From Myxococcota bacterium (lineage in GTDB: Bacteria > Myxococcota > Myxococcia > Myxococcales > Myxococcaceae), in NCBI GenBank assembly GCA_049322255.1, contig JBMORE010000148.1:1-64000 (forward strand): a DNA stretch of 64,000 nt, in the 5' to 3' direction. The first letter of the stretch is position 1, and the number at the start of each line of letters is the position of its first letter. A program made the position numbers and the translations under genes. Below the pieces are notes generated by a model. That model had not been told where the DNA came from. It searched no databases and saw only the letters and a program-made list of their open reading frames with translations. This document shows, one piece after another, positions 9,651 to 19,572 of this stretch.

Positions 9651-10604
9651 GTGGTGAAGAAGAAGCCGGCCAAGCGCCGCAAGAAGGTGGAGGCCAAGTC
9701 CAAGGGCCTCGCCGCCGTCGACGTGCCGCACGACGTGCCGGCGGAAGGCCGCACGCTGGCTGAACAGATTGCCGCCGACGGAGGCGCCGCGCTGGCGGTC
9801 TACCGCGATCCGATGGGCGGCCACCCGGTGGTGCTCGCCTCGCTCCCTTTGGAGAAGGTCGAGCCCACGCCCTATCAGCGCGACCGCTCCGAGCCCCACG
9901 TCAAGCGTTTGGCCAACGCGATCGAGCGCCTCGATCGCTACCTCGACCCGATCATCGCCGTGCGCAAAGACGGCAAGTACTGGACCCCCAACGGCAACCA
10001 CCGCCTGGGCGCGATGCAGCTCTTGGGGATGAAGGCGGTCACCGCCCTGGTGCTTCCCGAGGAGGACGTGGCCTTCAAGATTTTGGCCCTCAACACCGAA
10101 AAGGCACACAACCTCAAGGAACGCTCGCTGGAGGTCATTCGCATGTACCGCGGGCTGACCGACCTGGGCGGCAAAGAGACCGACTACGTCGACGTCTTCG
10201 AAGAGCCCCACTTCGCCACTTTGGGAGCGGCTTACGAAAAGCGCCCCCGCTTCTCCGGCAGCGCCTACAGCCCGGTGGTGAAACGGCTGGAAGGTTTCCT
10301 CGACGTTCCGCTCTCCCAGGGTCTGAAGATTCGCGAAGCGCGCTCCGACAAGCTTTTGACCTTCGACGACGCGGTGGCCGAGGTGGTGGCCAAGCTCAAG
10401 GAGCGCGGGCTTTTGAGCCCCTACCTCAAGAACTTCGTGGTCGCCCGGGTGAACTTCCTACGCTTCAAAAAAGAAGGCGACTTCGACTTCGACGAGACGA
10501 TCGACAAGCTCACCGCCAGCGTGCGGAAAATCGACCCGGGGAAAATCACCAAGGAAGACCTGGCCAAAGCTGGCGGCGCGCCCGCGGGCGAGGGAGAGGA
10601 CTGA
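9651..10604 (+). CDS. ParB/Srx N-terminal domain protein
   Basis: PYQRD...DPII...NGNHRL ParB-like core. No adjacent parA. Confidence 0.75.
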   Translation: MVKKKPAKRRKKVEAKSKGLAAVDVPHDVPAEGRTLAEQIAADGGAALAVYRDPMGGHPVVLASLPLEKVEPTPYQRDRSEPHVKRLANAIERLDRYLDPIIAVRKDGKYWTPNGNHRLGAMQLLGMKAVTALVLPEEDVAFKILALNTEKAHNLKERSLEVIRMYRGLTDLGGKETDYVDVFEEPHFATLGAAYEKRPRFSGSAYSPVVKRLEGFLDVPLSQGLKIREARSDKLLTFDDAVAEVVAKLKERGLLSPYLKNFVVARVNFLRFKKEGDFDFDETIDKLTASVRKIDPGKITKEDLAKAGGAPAGEGED

Positions 10605-10613
10605 CCTCTCCCT
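10591..10613 (+). terminator. Stem-loop overlapping the ParB-like stop codon
   Basis: agggagagg-actga-cctctccct is a perfect 9-bp inverted repeat; no strong U-tract. Confidence 0.4.
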
Positions 10614-10674
10614 TCGGCATCTGACGCGCTGTGGTACTCTCCCCTCCATCGAAGGGGCCGCGTTCGGAGTGCCA

Positions 10675-12168
10675 ATGCCGTCACGCCCAGGAAGCTTGGC
10701 CGTGTTGGCGGCGCTCGCCCTGCTCGGCGCCTCGTGCAGCTCCTCCGAGCCCAACCCGCCCCAGCGCAAGCCGGAGCTCTGCGACAACGGTCGAGACGAC
10801 AACGGCGACGGCAAGACCGACTGCGCCGACCCCGACTGCTTCAACCACCCCAGCTGTCTGGCGAAGAACGAGGACTGCCTAAACGGCGTCGACGACAACG
10901 GCGACGGGCTGACCGACTGCGCCGACCCTGCGTGCCTGGCGGCGCCCCGGTGTGTCCCTGGCCAGGAGGTTTGCACCGGCGGCGTCGACGAGGACGATGA
11001 CGGCCAGGTCGACTGCGCCGACCCCGACTGTGTCGCCGACCCGGCATGTGCCATCGCCGAGAACTGCAGCGACGGAGTGGACAACGACAGCGACACCCGC
11101 GCCGACTGCCTGGACTCCGACTGCGCCGCCGCTCCCAACTGCGTCAACAATTCCGAGGCGGGCAAATGCAACGACGGGCTGGACAACGACAACGACCAGC
11201 TCACCGACTGCCAAGACCCCGACTGCACCGGGGCCTCTTGCGGCGCGGGCTGCGAGTGCGCAGGAGGAACGAAGAAGGAAATCAACTGCTCCGACGGCAT
11301 CAACAACGATGGCGATGGTCAGACCGACTGCGCCGACTCCGATTGCGTGGGCGCCGGCACCGAGCTTTGCAATGACGGAGCCGACAACACCTGCGACCGG
11401 GCGATCGACTGCGGCGACAGCAAGTGCGCGGCCAGCCCGCTGTGCCAAAACCAAACGGACGGCAAGCCGTGCACCTCCAACTCCCAGTGCGCCGGCGGCC
11501 GTTGCTTGACCGAGGCGGCCTCCGGAGCGCCCAACGGCGTTTGCTCCAACTCGGTCAGCTGCAACGTCACCGCGCAGACCGGCTGCAACGGCGGAATATG
11601 CGTCGAGTCGGGGGCGTTCGACGTCTGCCGGGCGCGCTGCACCGCCAACGGGCTCATGGCGACAGGCCGGTGCCGCCAGGGGTACGCCTGCTTCGATGCC
11701 GACACCAACACCGGAAACGACAACAACCACTGCCTACCCTTGTGCGCCTCCGACGCCGACTGTTCCGGGAGCGGCGCTTCTTACGGTTGCAACCCCTGGA
11801 GCAAGCTCTGCGAGAGCAAAGACAAGGGCCTGGGCAAGTACGGAGCGGCCTGCACTTCGGACAGCCAGTGCGAGTCGGGCCGCTGCGGCCTCTCGTTTCC
11901 GGGCGGCATCTGCTACGGGCTGTGCACCGGGAGCGCGAAGTCCTGCGGGGGCGACGGAGTTTGCTACTTCTACGCGAGCTACGGAGACAACATCGGTGAG
12001 TGCGACGATGGCTGCACGGTTTCCGGCCAGTGCCGCGGAGCTCCCTACACCTGCCAGGACTTCGGCCAGGGAAGCATCTGCTACTGCCGCCTCCTCAACG
12101 ACCCCTGCACCTTGGACAGCCAGTGCTGCTCGGGGGACTGTGACTTCTTCTTCGGTTTGTGCAACTGA
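10675..12168 (+). CDS. Cys-rich repeat lipoprotein
   Basis: Lipobox-like LLGASC; seven repeats of approximately CxxGxDxxxDxxxDCxDxxC; Cys-rich C-terminal half. Confidence 0.8.
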   Translation: MPSRPGSLAVLAALALLGASCSSSEPNPPQRKPELCDNGRDDNGDGKTDCADPDCFNHPSCLAKNEDCLNGVDDNGDGLTDCADPACLAAPRCVPGQEVCTGGVDEDDDGQVDCADPDCVADPACAIAENCSDGVDNDSDTRADCLDSDCAAAPNCVNNSEAGKCNDGLDNDNDQLTDCQDPDCTGASCGAGCECAGGTKKEINCSDGINNDGDGQTDCADSDCVGAGTELCNDGADNTCDRAIDCGDSKCAASPLCQNQTDGKPCTSNSQCAGGRCLTEAASGAPNGVCSNSVSCNVTAQTGCNGGICVESGAFDVCRARCTANGLMATGRCRQGYACFDADTNTGNDNNHCLPLCASDADCSGSGASYGCNPWSKLCESKDKGLGKYGAACTSDSQCESGRCGLSFPGGICYGLCTGSAKSCGGDGVCYFYASYGDNIGECDDGCTVSGQCRGAPYTCQDFGQGSICYCRLLNDPCTLDSQCCSGDCDFFFGLCN

Positions 12169-12189
12169 CCAGACCCGAGGTTTTCGCGC

Positions 12190-13557
<1,368 letters not shown>

Positions 13558-13584
13558 GGCCACCCCCGGCCGCCCAGTAGGGCT

Positions 13585-13950
13585 TTAGCGTCTGGGCGTT
13601 TCTCCCTCCTCGACGAGGTCGAGCAGCAGCTCCCGAAACACCTCTGGCGGGCAAGGCTTGGCCAGCACCGGCACATCCAGCCCGTAGCGAGGAGGAACGT
13701 TCAAGGCGGTGTGCAGAATGCATCGAACCTTCGGCCAGGTGCGACGAACCTCCTCGACCAACTCCACGCCGTCGATCTCCGGCATCAGGTAGTCGCAGAT
13801 CAGCACGTCGGGCTGCTCGCGCTTCATGATCTCGAGCGCCGCCTTCGCGCTGGCGGTGAAGATCATGCGCACCGGCAGCCCCTCCACCACGTCTTTGTAG
13901 AGGGCGAGTAACGTGCAGTCGTCGTCCACGAGGAGGAAGGTGGGAGGCAT
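13585..13950 (-). CDS. Single-domain response regulator (CheY-like)
   Basis: LLVDDD, CDYLMPEIDG and AKP motifs; ATG at 13950 likely. Confidence 0.85.
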   Translation of the reverse strand: MPPTFLLVDDDCTLLALYKDVVEGLPVRMIFTASAKAALEIMKREQPDVLICDYLMPEIDGVELVEEVRRTWPKVRCILHTALNVPPRYGLDVPVLAKPCPPEVFRELLLDLVEEGETPRR

Positions 13951-14076
13951 TCCGAGATCCCCGAAGCCGCGGGCCAATACGACCCATCAGGTTAGTCGAT
14001 TTTTGCATGACCTGTCACGTCCTGGCCGGCGCCCTCTTGACCGCATACGGGCTCTCTCCCACCGGTAGGAGGGGAC

Positions 14077-14457
14077 ATGGACAAGAGGCTGGCCGCCGCT
14101 CTGGGGGCAGCGGCTCGAGCCGCCCGCCAGCGAGCGGACCTCACCCAGGCCGACGTGGCCGAGCGGCTGGACATCTCACCCGACGTGTATGGCCGGCTCG
14201 AGCGGGGGGTGATGCTCCCCAGCGTCGAAACCCTGCGACGGCTGTGCCTGGTGCTGGGTGTCTCGGCCGACGACCTCTTGGGCCTGGAGGCGACGCGAAG
14301 CGCCGTCTTCGCTGCCGAACCGGGGCCGGTCTACGCCGAATCGTCGGGCGAGCTCCGGCGGCTCCTGCGGCGCGCGCGCAAGCTCGACCCCCGCCGGCAG
14401 CGACTCATCGGTCTGCTCGCCAAGGAGCTCGCCGCGCTCCCGCGTTCCCGGCGGTGA
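14077..14457 (+). CDS. XRE-family HTH transcriptional regulator
   Basis: LTQADVAERL...YGRLERG...PSVETL; SD-like AGGAGG upstream. Confidence 0.9.
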   Translation: MDKRLAAALGAAARAARQRADLTQADVAERLDISPDVYGRLERGVMLPSVETLRRLCLVLGVSADDLLGLEATRSAVFAAEPGPVYAESSGELRRLLRRARKLDPRRQRLIGLLAKELAALPRSRR

Positions 14458-14560
14458 TTTGCCAGCGTGGCAGGGGTATGCGCGTGTCAGGGCGACAGAT
14501 TGTCGTGGTGAGGAATGCCTCTTGCCCCCGGCCGCTCTCCCACAGGCGCAGCGAGGCCGG

Positions 14561-14576
14561 TGGCATCTGCATTGCT
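14561..14576 (+). promoter_or_regulatory. sigma54 (-24/-12) promoter of the gspC-like paralogue
   Basis: TGGCAT-CTGCA-TTGCT, 13 nt before ATG 14590. Confidence 0.7.
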
Positions 14577-14589
14577 CGCGGGTGCGTTC

Positions 14590-15354
14590 ATGCGCGCCAT
14601 CATTCTCACTCTCCTCACCATATTCCTCGTTCACGCCGCTCTTCTCTTCTGGGCCCAACCCGTTGCCATCAACGGCTCACGCAGGTCGACGGCGCCACGC
14701 CCTCCCCCTGTGCCCACCGCTCTCGAAGGCGAACGGCTGGCGCGCCTTTTGGGCATGCGCCTTTCATCCACGGAGCGCCCCGCTTCTGTGCCACCGCGTG
14801 CGCCCCTGTCAGCGCGCGTGCTCGGCACCCTGGTCAGCGCGGAACCGCGCTGGTCATTCGTCCTCGTGGATGATGGCGGCAAGACCCGCACCGTCGCGGT
14901 GGGCGACCAGCTGGAGGGAGCCGATGTCCTCTCCATCGAGCGGCGGCGCGTGTCGGTCCTGCGTGACGGCCGCGAGGAGTGGCTCGAGCTGGGTGCCCCC
15001 GCGGGCGCCGGCACCTCGCTTCCGGCCCTCGGCGAAAACCGCTTCACCCTTTTGCGCACCACGGTGGAGCAGGCCTTGGACGAGCTGCCCCACCATGGGG
15101 CGCAGGTGATGCTCGTTCCGGCGTTCGAGCAGGGGAAGGCCGTGGGCATCAAGCTCTTCGGTTTGCGTGCAGGGTCGATCTGGGAACGCCTCGGCCTGCG
15201 AAATGGCGACGTTCTTCGCCAGGTGAATGGAGTCGAGCTCTCCAATCCTCGGCGGGCCCTCGACCTTTACGCGCAGGCCGGCACGCTGCGCGAGGTCACC
15301 CTCGAGGTCCTACGCGAGGGTCGGATCAACGTCCTCACCTACCTCATCGAGTAA
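14590..15354 (+). CDS. GspC-like protein (HR plus PDZ), paralogue of gspC
   Basis: N-terminal TM, VLGTLV HR segment, PDZ-like LVPAFEQGKAVGIKLF...GLRNGDVLRQVNG; visibly similar to 18638..19561. Confidence 0.8.
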   Translation: MRAIILTLLTIFLVHAALLFWAQPVAINGSRRSTAPRPPPVPTALEGERLARLLGMRLSSTERPASVPPRAPLSARVLGTLVSAEPRWSFVLVDDGGKTRTVAVGDQLEGADVLSIERRRVSVLRDGREEWLELGAPAGAGTSLPALGENRFTLLRTTVEQALDELPHHGAQVMLVPAFEQGKAVGIKLFGLRAGSIWERLGLRNGDVLRQVNGVELSNPRRALDLYAQAGTLREVTLEVLREGRINVLTYLIE

Positions 15355-15383
15355 GTGCCCCAACCCCGGTAGACTGACCAACG

Positions 15384-16370
15384 ATGTCCGCTCCTGCCGT
15401 ACTTCTGGTCGACGACGATGTGCTGACGCGTCGGGTGCTGAGTGAAATGCTCGCCGCCGCCGGGCTGTCGGTGACCGCGGTGTCGTCCACCGTGGCGATG
15501 GAGGTGGTGCTGCAGCGCCAGATACCCGACCTCTGTCTCATCGACGTCGTCTTGGGCGAGGAGAACGGGCTGACGGTCTTGAGCGAGCTGCGCCGGCGCC
15601 CGGAGCTGGCGCGCACCGCGCTCATCGGCATCTCGGGTCTACGCAAGCCCGACCTGCTGGCAACGGCCTTCGCCGAGGGCGCCGACGACTTCCTCTTCAA
15701 GCCGCTTGGCACCGAAGAGCTCCTCGCCCGCGCCCGTGCCGCCATCGCACGCCGGCGTCTGTTGGCACCCTTGGGCGGCATCACCCACAACGAGCGCCGC
15801 GAGGTCACCACCCTTTTCTGCGACGTGCGCGGCTTCACCTCGTTGGCGGCCGCCCACGACCCCGAGTGGGTGGTGGAGATGCTCAACGGTCTGTTCGAGC
15901 GTCTGGTGGCGCAGATCGACCGACGCGGGGGCGAGGTGGACAAGTACCTCGGAGACGGCTTGCTGGCTTTCTTCGGCACACGCGCCCCCGGCGGCGACAA
16001 GGAGCTTCAGGCGGTCGACGCGGCGCGGGCGATGATCGCCGCCACCGCCGAGTACTCCCGCGAAAGCCTCTTGCTCGACGGCCGGCGGCTGTCGGTGGGC
16101 GTGGGCATCGCCACCGGGGTGGTGGTGATTGCTCCCGTGGGCGCCAATGCCAAGCGCCAGGTGACCGCCCTGGGCGATGCGGTGAACCTCGCCTCGCGGC
16201 TCCAGGGGCTCGCGGGTGAGGGCGAGGTCTACGTCTGCGAGCGAACCTTCCAGCGTGTTTCCTGGGCCGTGGTGACCGACGGGGCCCAGCATGTCGAGCT
16301 CAAGGGCGTTGCCGGCACCCCCACGGTGTACCGGGTGGTGGACGTCAACATGAAGGGCCTGGTGGGCTAA
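15384..16370 (+). CDS. Receiver domain-class III adenylate cyclase
   Basis: REC N-terminus; LFCDVRGFT, DKYLGDG and ALGDAVNLASRLQ cyclase motifs. Confidence 0.88.
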   Translation: MSAPAVLLVDDDVLTRRVLSEMLAAAGLSVTAVSSTVAMEVVLQRQIPDLCLIDVVLGEENGLTVLSELRRRPELARTALIGISGLRKPDLLATAFAEGADDFLFKPLGTEELLARARAAIARRRLLAPLGGITHNERREVTTLFCDVRGFTSLAAAHDPEWVVEMLNGLFERLVAQIDRRGGEVDKYLGDGLLAFFGTRAPGGDKELQAVDAARAMIAATAEYSRESLLLDGRRLSVGVGIATGVVVIAPVGANAKRQVTALGDAVNLASRLQGLAGEGEVYVCERTFQRVSWAVVTDGAQHVELKGVAGTPTVYRVVDVNMKGLVG

Positions 16371-16375
16371 AAGAC

Positions 16376-18253
16376 CTACGGCAGCGTCAGCACTCCGGCC
16401 GATTGCGGCGTCCCCGTGCCAGGCTGAGAGCTCGAGCCGGGGTTGGCTGCGTCGACGAAGCTGGTGGCCCGAATGCGAATGAAGTACCGGGTGTTCGCAG
16501 CGAGGCCGGTCAGCTGGAAGGTGGTGGTGTCCGCCGGGACGGTGGTCACCTGGGTCACCGTGCCCCCCGTCGCCGCGGTGGAGCGCTCGATGCGAAAGCC
16601 GGTTTCGTTGGCCGAGTTGTCGGTCCACGAGAGGTCCATCGACGTCTGGGTCACGTTGGTCGCGGTGACGTTGGTGGGCGCAGCGGGCGGCGCAGGGAAG
16701 GTCACCGTCAGCGTCGGTGTGGCGGCCGAGGTTCCCCCGTTGTTCCTGGCGCACACCTTATACGAGTAGGTGTTGGCGGCGTTCCGCTCGTTGCGGTTGG
16801 TGGCTGTCGTACCCGCGCCGACGTTGCCGGTCGCGGTGGCCCCGAACGCGGCGCCGTTCAGCGCTTCATAGAAATCGAAGTTCGTCTCGTTGTTGGAGGC
16901 GTCGGTCCAAGTCAGCCGAATCACGTTCGCGGTGGCCTGGTTCTGAATGACGAAGTTGAAGTTGGTGGGCGCAGCGGGCGGCAGCTGCCTGGTGGCTGCG
17001 CTGTCAACAGCGGTCGGGTTCGAGGGACCCGCCGAGTTGTAGGCGACGACCCGATAGAAGTAGGTGGTCGAGGGGTTCAGCCCGGTGTCTTGGTAAGTCG
17101 ACACATTGGCGCCGAGCTGAGCGACCTCGGCGAACGGGCCGTTGGTATTGGTCGCCCGCTCGATGCGAAAGCCATCTTCGTTGTTCGAGGCATCGGTCCA
17201 CGCGAGGTTGAGCTGGGTGGCGCCCACCGGAGCAGCGGTCGGAGGACAGGTCGACGCGCCCGCGGGGTTGGCGGGAGTGGTGACATTGAGCCCACCCGGG
17301 TCTCCCGGCGGGGACACGGTGATGTTGGTGGTGCCGCATGCTTGCGGTGACTTCGGTGAGAGGTTTCCCACCAAGTCGAACGCCTCGAGCTCGAAGCAGT
17401 ACTCGGTACCCGAAGCGAGGTTCGTTTCGGTGTGGCTCAAGGTCGCCGCGTCGACCGTCTTGATGAGCACACCGCGCAGGTACACGTGGTAGCCGTCGAT
17501 GCCCGCCACGTCATCGGTCGCCGCATCCCAGGCGACCACCAGCGAGGACGAGCCCTGGGGAGTCACCCGCACATTGCCTGGAGTGCTCGGGGGCACCGAA
17601 TCGTCCGCCACCAGGGTGGTGCCGCTGGCGACTTCCGAGTCGGGCGAATCGCCGATCTTGTTGAAGGCCCGGACTTTGTAGAAGTAGGTGGTGGTCCTGA
17701 CCAGCCCGGTGTCGACCAACTCGGTGGCGTTGGCTCCCACCTGCCCCGCCTCGGTCCACGGCCCGTCTGCGGCCGGTGCACGGTCGACCTTGAAACCGGT
17801 TTCGCTCTTCGAGCTGTCGCTCCAAGTCACTCGCATGGCGACGTCGGACACCGGCTTGACGACGACGTTGGTGGGAGCCGCGGGCGGGGTGGTGGCTCCG
17901 TCGACGGTCACCTCGAGCACCTTCGAAGTTGCCCGGGTTCCGGTCGCGAACACCGCGTTGACCTTGTACCAATAGGTGAGCCCCTGCAGCGCCGTGTTGT
18001 CGGTGAAGCGGGTGCTGTTGGTCGAAGCGGTGGCCAGCTCTTCGAAACCTTCGGTCGCCGAGACGGTGCTCCGCTCGATGAGGAAGCGCACCTCGTTGCT
18101 GGCGTTGTCCTTCCAGCTGATGGTGACCGACGTTTCGGTCATCTCGACCACCGCGAGCTGAGTGGGAACTCCGCCGGCTCCCTCCGGCGTGCCGCAGGCC
18201 GCGAGGAGGAGCAAGGGCAACAACAACCGAGGCCGAGCCAATGGGGACTTCAT
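16376..18253 (-). CDS. Fibronectin type III repeat lipoprotein
   Basis: ATG at 18253, lipobox LLAAC, about six FN3 repeats (PxxPTN...WxDxSxNExGFxIER). Confidence 0.85.
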   Translation of the reverse strand: MKSPLARPRLLLPLLLLAACGTPEGAGGVPTQLAVVEMTETSVTISWKDNASNEVRFLIERSTVSATEGFEELATASTNSTRFTDNTALQGLTYWYKVNAVFATGTRATSKVLEVTVDGATTPPAAPTNVVVKPVSDVAMRVTWSDSSKSETGFKVDRAPAADGPWTEAGQVGANATELVDTGLVRTTTYFYKVRAFNKIGDSPDSEVASGTTLVADDSVPPSTPGNVRVTPQGSSSLVVAWDAATDDVAGIDGYHVYLRGVLIKTVDAATLSHTETNLASGTEYCFELEAFDLVGNLSPKSPQACGTTNITVSPPGDPGGLNVTTPANPAGASTCPPTAAPVGATQLNLAWTDASNNEDGFRIERATNTNGPFAEVAQLGANVSTYQDTGLNPSTTYFYRVVAYNSAGPSNPTAVDSAATRQLPPAAPTNFNFVIQNQATANVIRLTWTDASNNETNFDFYEALNGAAFGATATGNVGAGTTATNRNERNAANTYSYKVCARNNGGTSAATPTLTVTFPAPPAAPTNVTATNVTQTSMDLSWTDNSANETGFRIERSTAATGGTVTQVTTVPADTTTFQLTGLAANTRYFIRIRATSFVDAANPGSSSQPGTGTPQSAGVLTLP

Positions 18254-18597
18254 GGAGGTGACCTCCCGGAGGATGAGGGCAACGATTAGAGGGCAAGAGG
18301 CGGGCCGACGAAAGGGCTGTGCATCGCCATTGAAAAGCCCGTGTTCTAGAACGTTTAGCGAAAGCTTTGCCTCGAGGCCTGTGCACACGGGTGGGCAGTG
18401 GCGCAAAAGCGCCGTGCACGCCTTGCGAGGCGTCGATGGCGGCTGGACGGGTGACACCGCGTCAATCCACCTGGAAGCAGTCTGACATTTTGTCCCACGC
18501 CGAATCCGCGGCCGCTCTACCAGCAGTCAGGGCAGCGCTTTTCGGAATTAATCCAGGCACTTGGGTGTCGAGCAGACGGCGTCCACGAGCCCTCCCA

Positions 18598-18613
18598 TGG
18601 CACCTGCCTTGCT
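18598..18613 (+). promoter_or_regulatory. sigma54 promoter of the T2SS operon
   Basis: TGGCAC-CTGCC-TTGCT matches consensus TGGCAC-N5-TTGC, 24 nt before the gspC ATG. Confidence 0.85.
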
Positions 18614-18637
18614 CGAGCGTCTTGTCGCGAACGGACC

Positions 18638-19561
18638 ATGGAGACCTTCTTTCGAAAGCACTTCTGGGTGGTTCACCTGGTCTTCATTTTCCTGGTGGCC
18701 CTCCTCGTCGCGCGCACAGTGAACCTGTTCGTGGAGATGGCGATCTCACCGTTGCCCTCACCGGGCGCGACGCACGTGGCGCGGCCCAAGCCGGTCGAAC
18801 CTCTGGCGCAGCTGTCGATCGAGCGCCTCTCCAAGCTCACCGGGTTGCCGCTGCCCGTGGCCGAGCCCGAGGTGGTCGAGCCGACACAGCTGGTGGACAT
18901 GAACGCGCCTCCGGTGCACACCGGGCTGGCGCTCAAGCTTTTGGGAACGCTGCTCGCGGGCGCCCCTGAATGGTCGATCGCCTCGATTCAGGACGGCAAC
19001 CAGAAGCCTCAGTCGTACATGGTGGGCGACACGATCCTGGGCGCCGAGGTGCTGGAGATCGAGCGCGAGAAAGTCATCATCTTGAACAACGGCCGGCGGG
19101 AGTTCATCGACGGCACCCCCGGCAGCGGCGGGCAGGTGGCCTACGCTCCTCCGCCGCCGCAGCCGCAGCAGGTCGCCGCCTCGCCGGTGAACAACGCGCC
19201 CCCTTCGGTGGCTCTGGGCTCCTCGATTCGCGCCCTCAACGAGAACGAGTACGAGGTTCCCCGCGGGGAGATCGACAAGACGCTCTCCAACTTGAACGAC
19301 GTCGCGATGCAGGCCCGCATCGTTCCCGCTTTCAAGGACGGGCAGGCGCAAGGCTTCAAGCTGTTCTCCATCCGCCCCGACTCCATCTACACGAAGATCG
19401 GCGTGCAGAACGGCGACGTCATTCGCCGAATCAACGGCTACGACCTGAACAGCCCCGAGAAGGCGCTGGAGATCTACTCCAAGCTCAAAGAAGCCAGCCG
19501 CATTGACATCGAGATCGAGCGCAACGGCTCGGTCGTCCGCAAGACGTACAACGTCCGCTGA
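18638..19561 (+). CDS. gspC: Type II secretion protein GspC
   Basis: TM, HR domain and C-terminal PDZ; first gene of the gsp operon. Confidence 0.9.
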   Translation: METFFRKHFWVVHLVFIFLVALLVARTVNLFVEMAISPLPSPGATHVARPKPVEPLAQLSIERLSKLTGLPLPVAEPEVVEPTQLVDMNAPPVHTGLALKLLGTLLAGAPEWSIASIQDGNQKPQSYMVGDTILGAEVLEIEREKVIILNNGRREFIDGTPGSGGQVAYAPPPPQPQQVAASPVNNAPPSVALGSSIRALNENEYEVPRGEIDKTLSNLNDVAMQARIVPAFKDGQAQGFKLFSIRPDSIYTKIGVQNGDVIRRINGYDLNSPEKALEIYSKLKEASRIDIEIERNGSVVRKTYNVR

Positions 19562-19572
19562 ACGCTCTTTCT

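Noticed and set aside
9651..10604. Chromosome-partition parB
   Set aside because: It has NGNHRL rather than GERRxRA, and no parA or parS was seen, so it is called only ParB-like.
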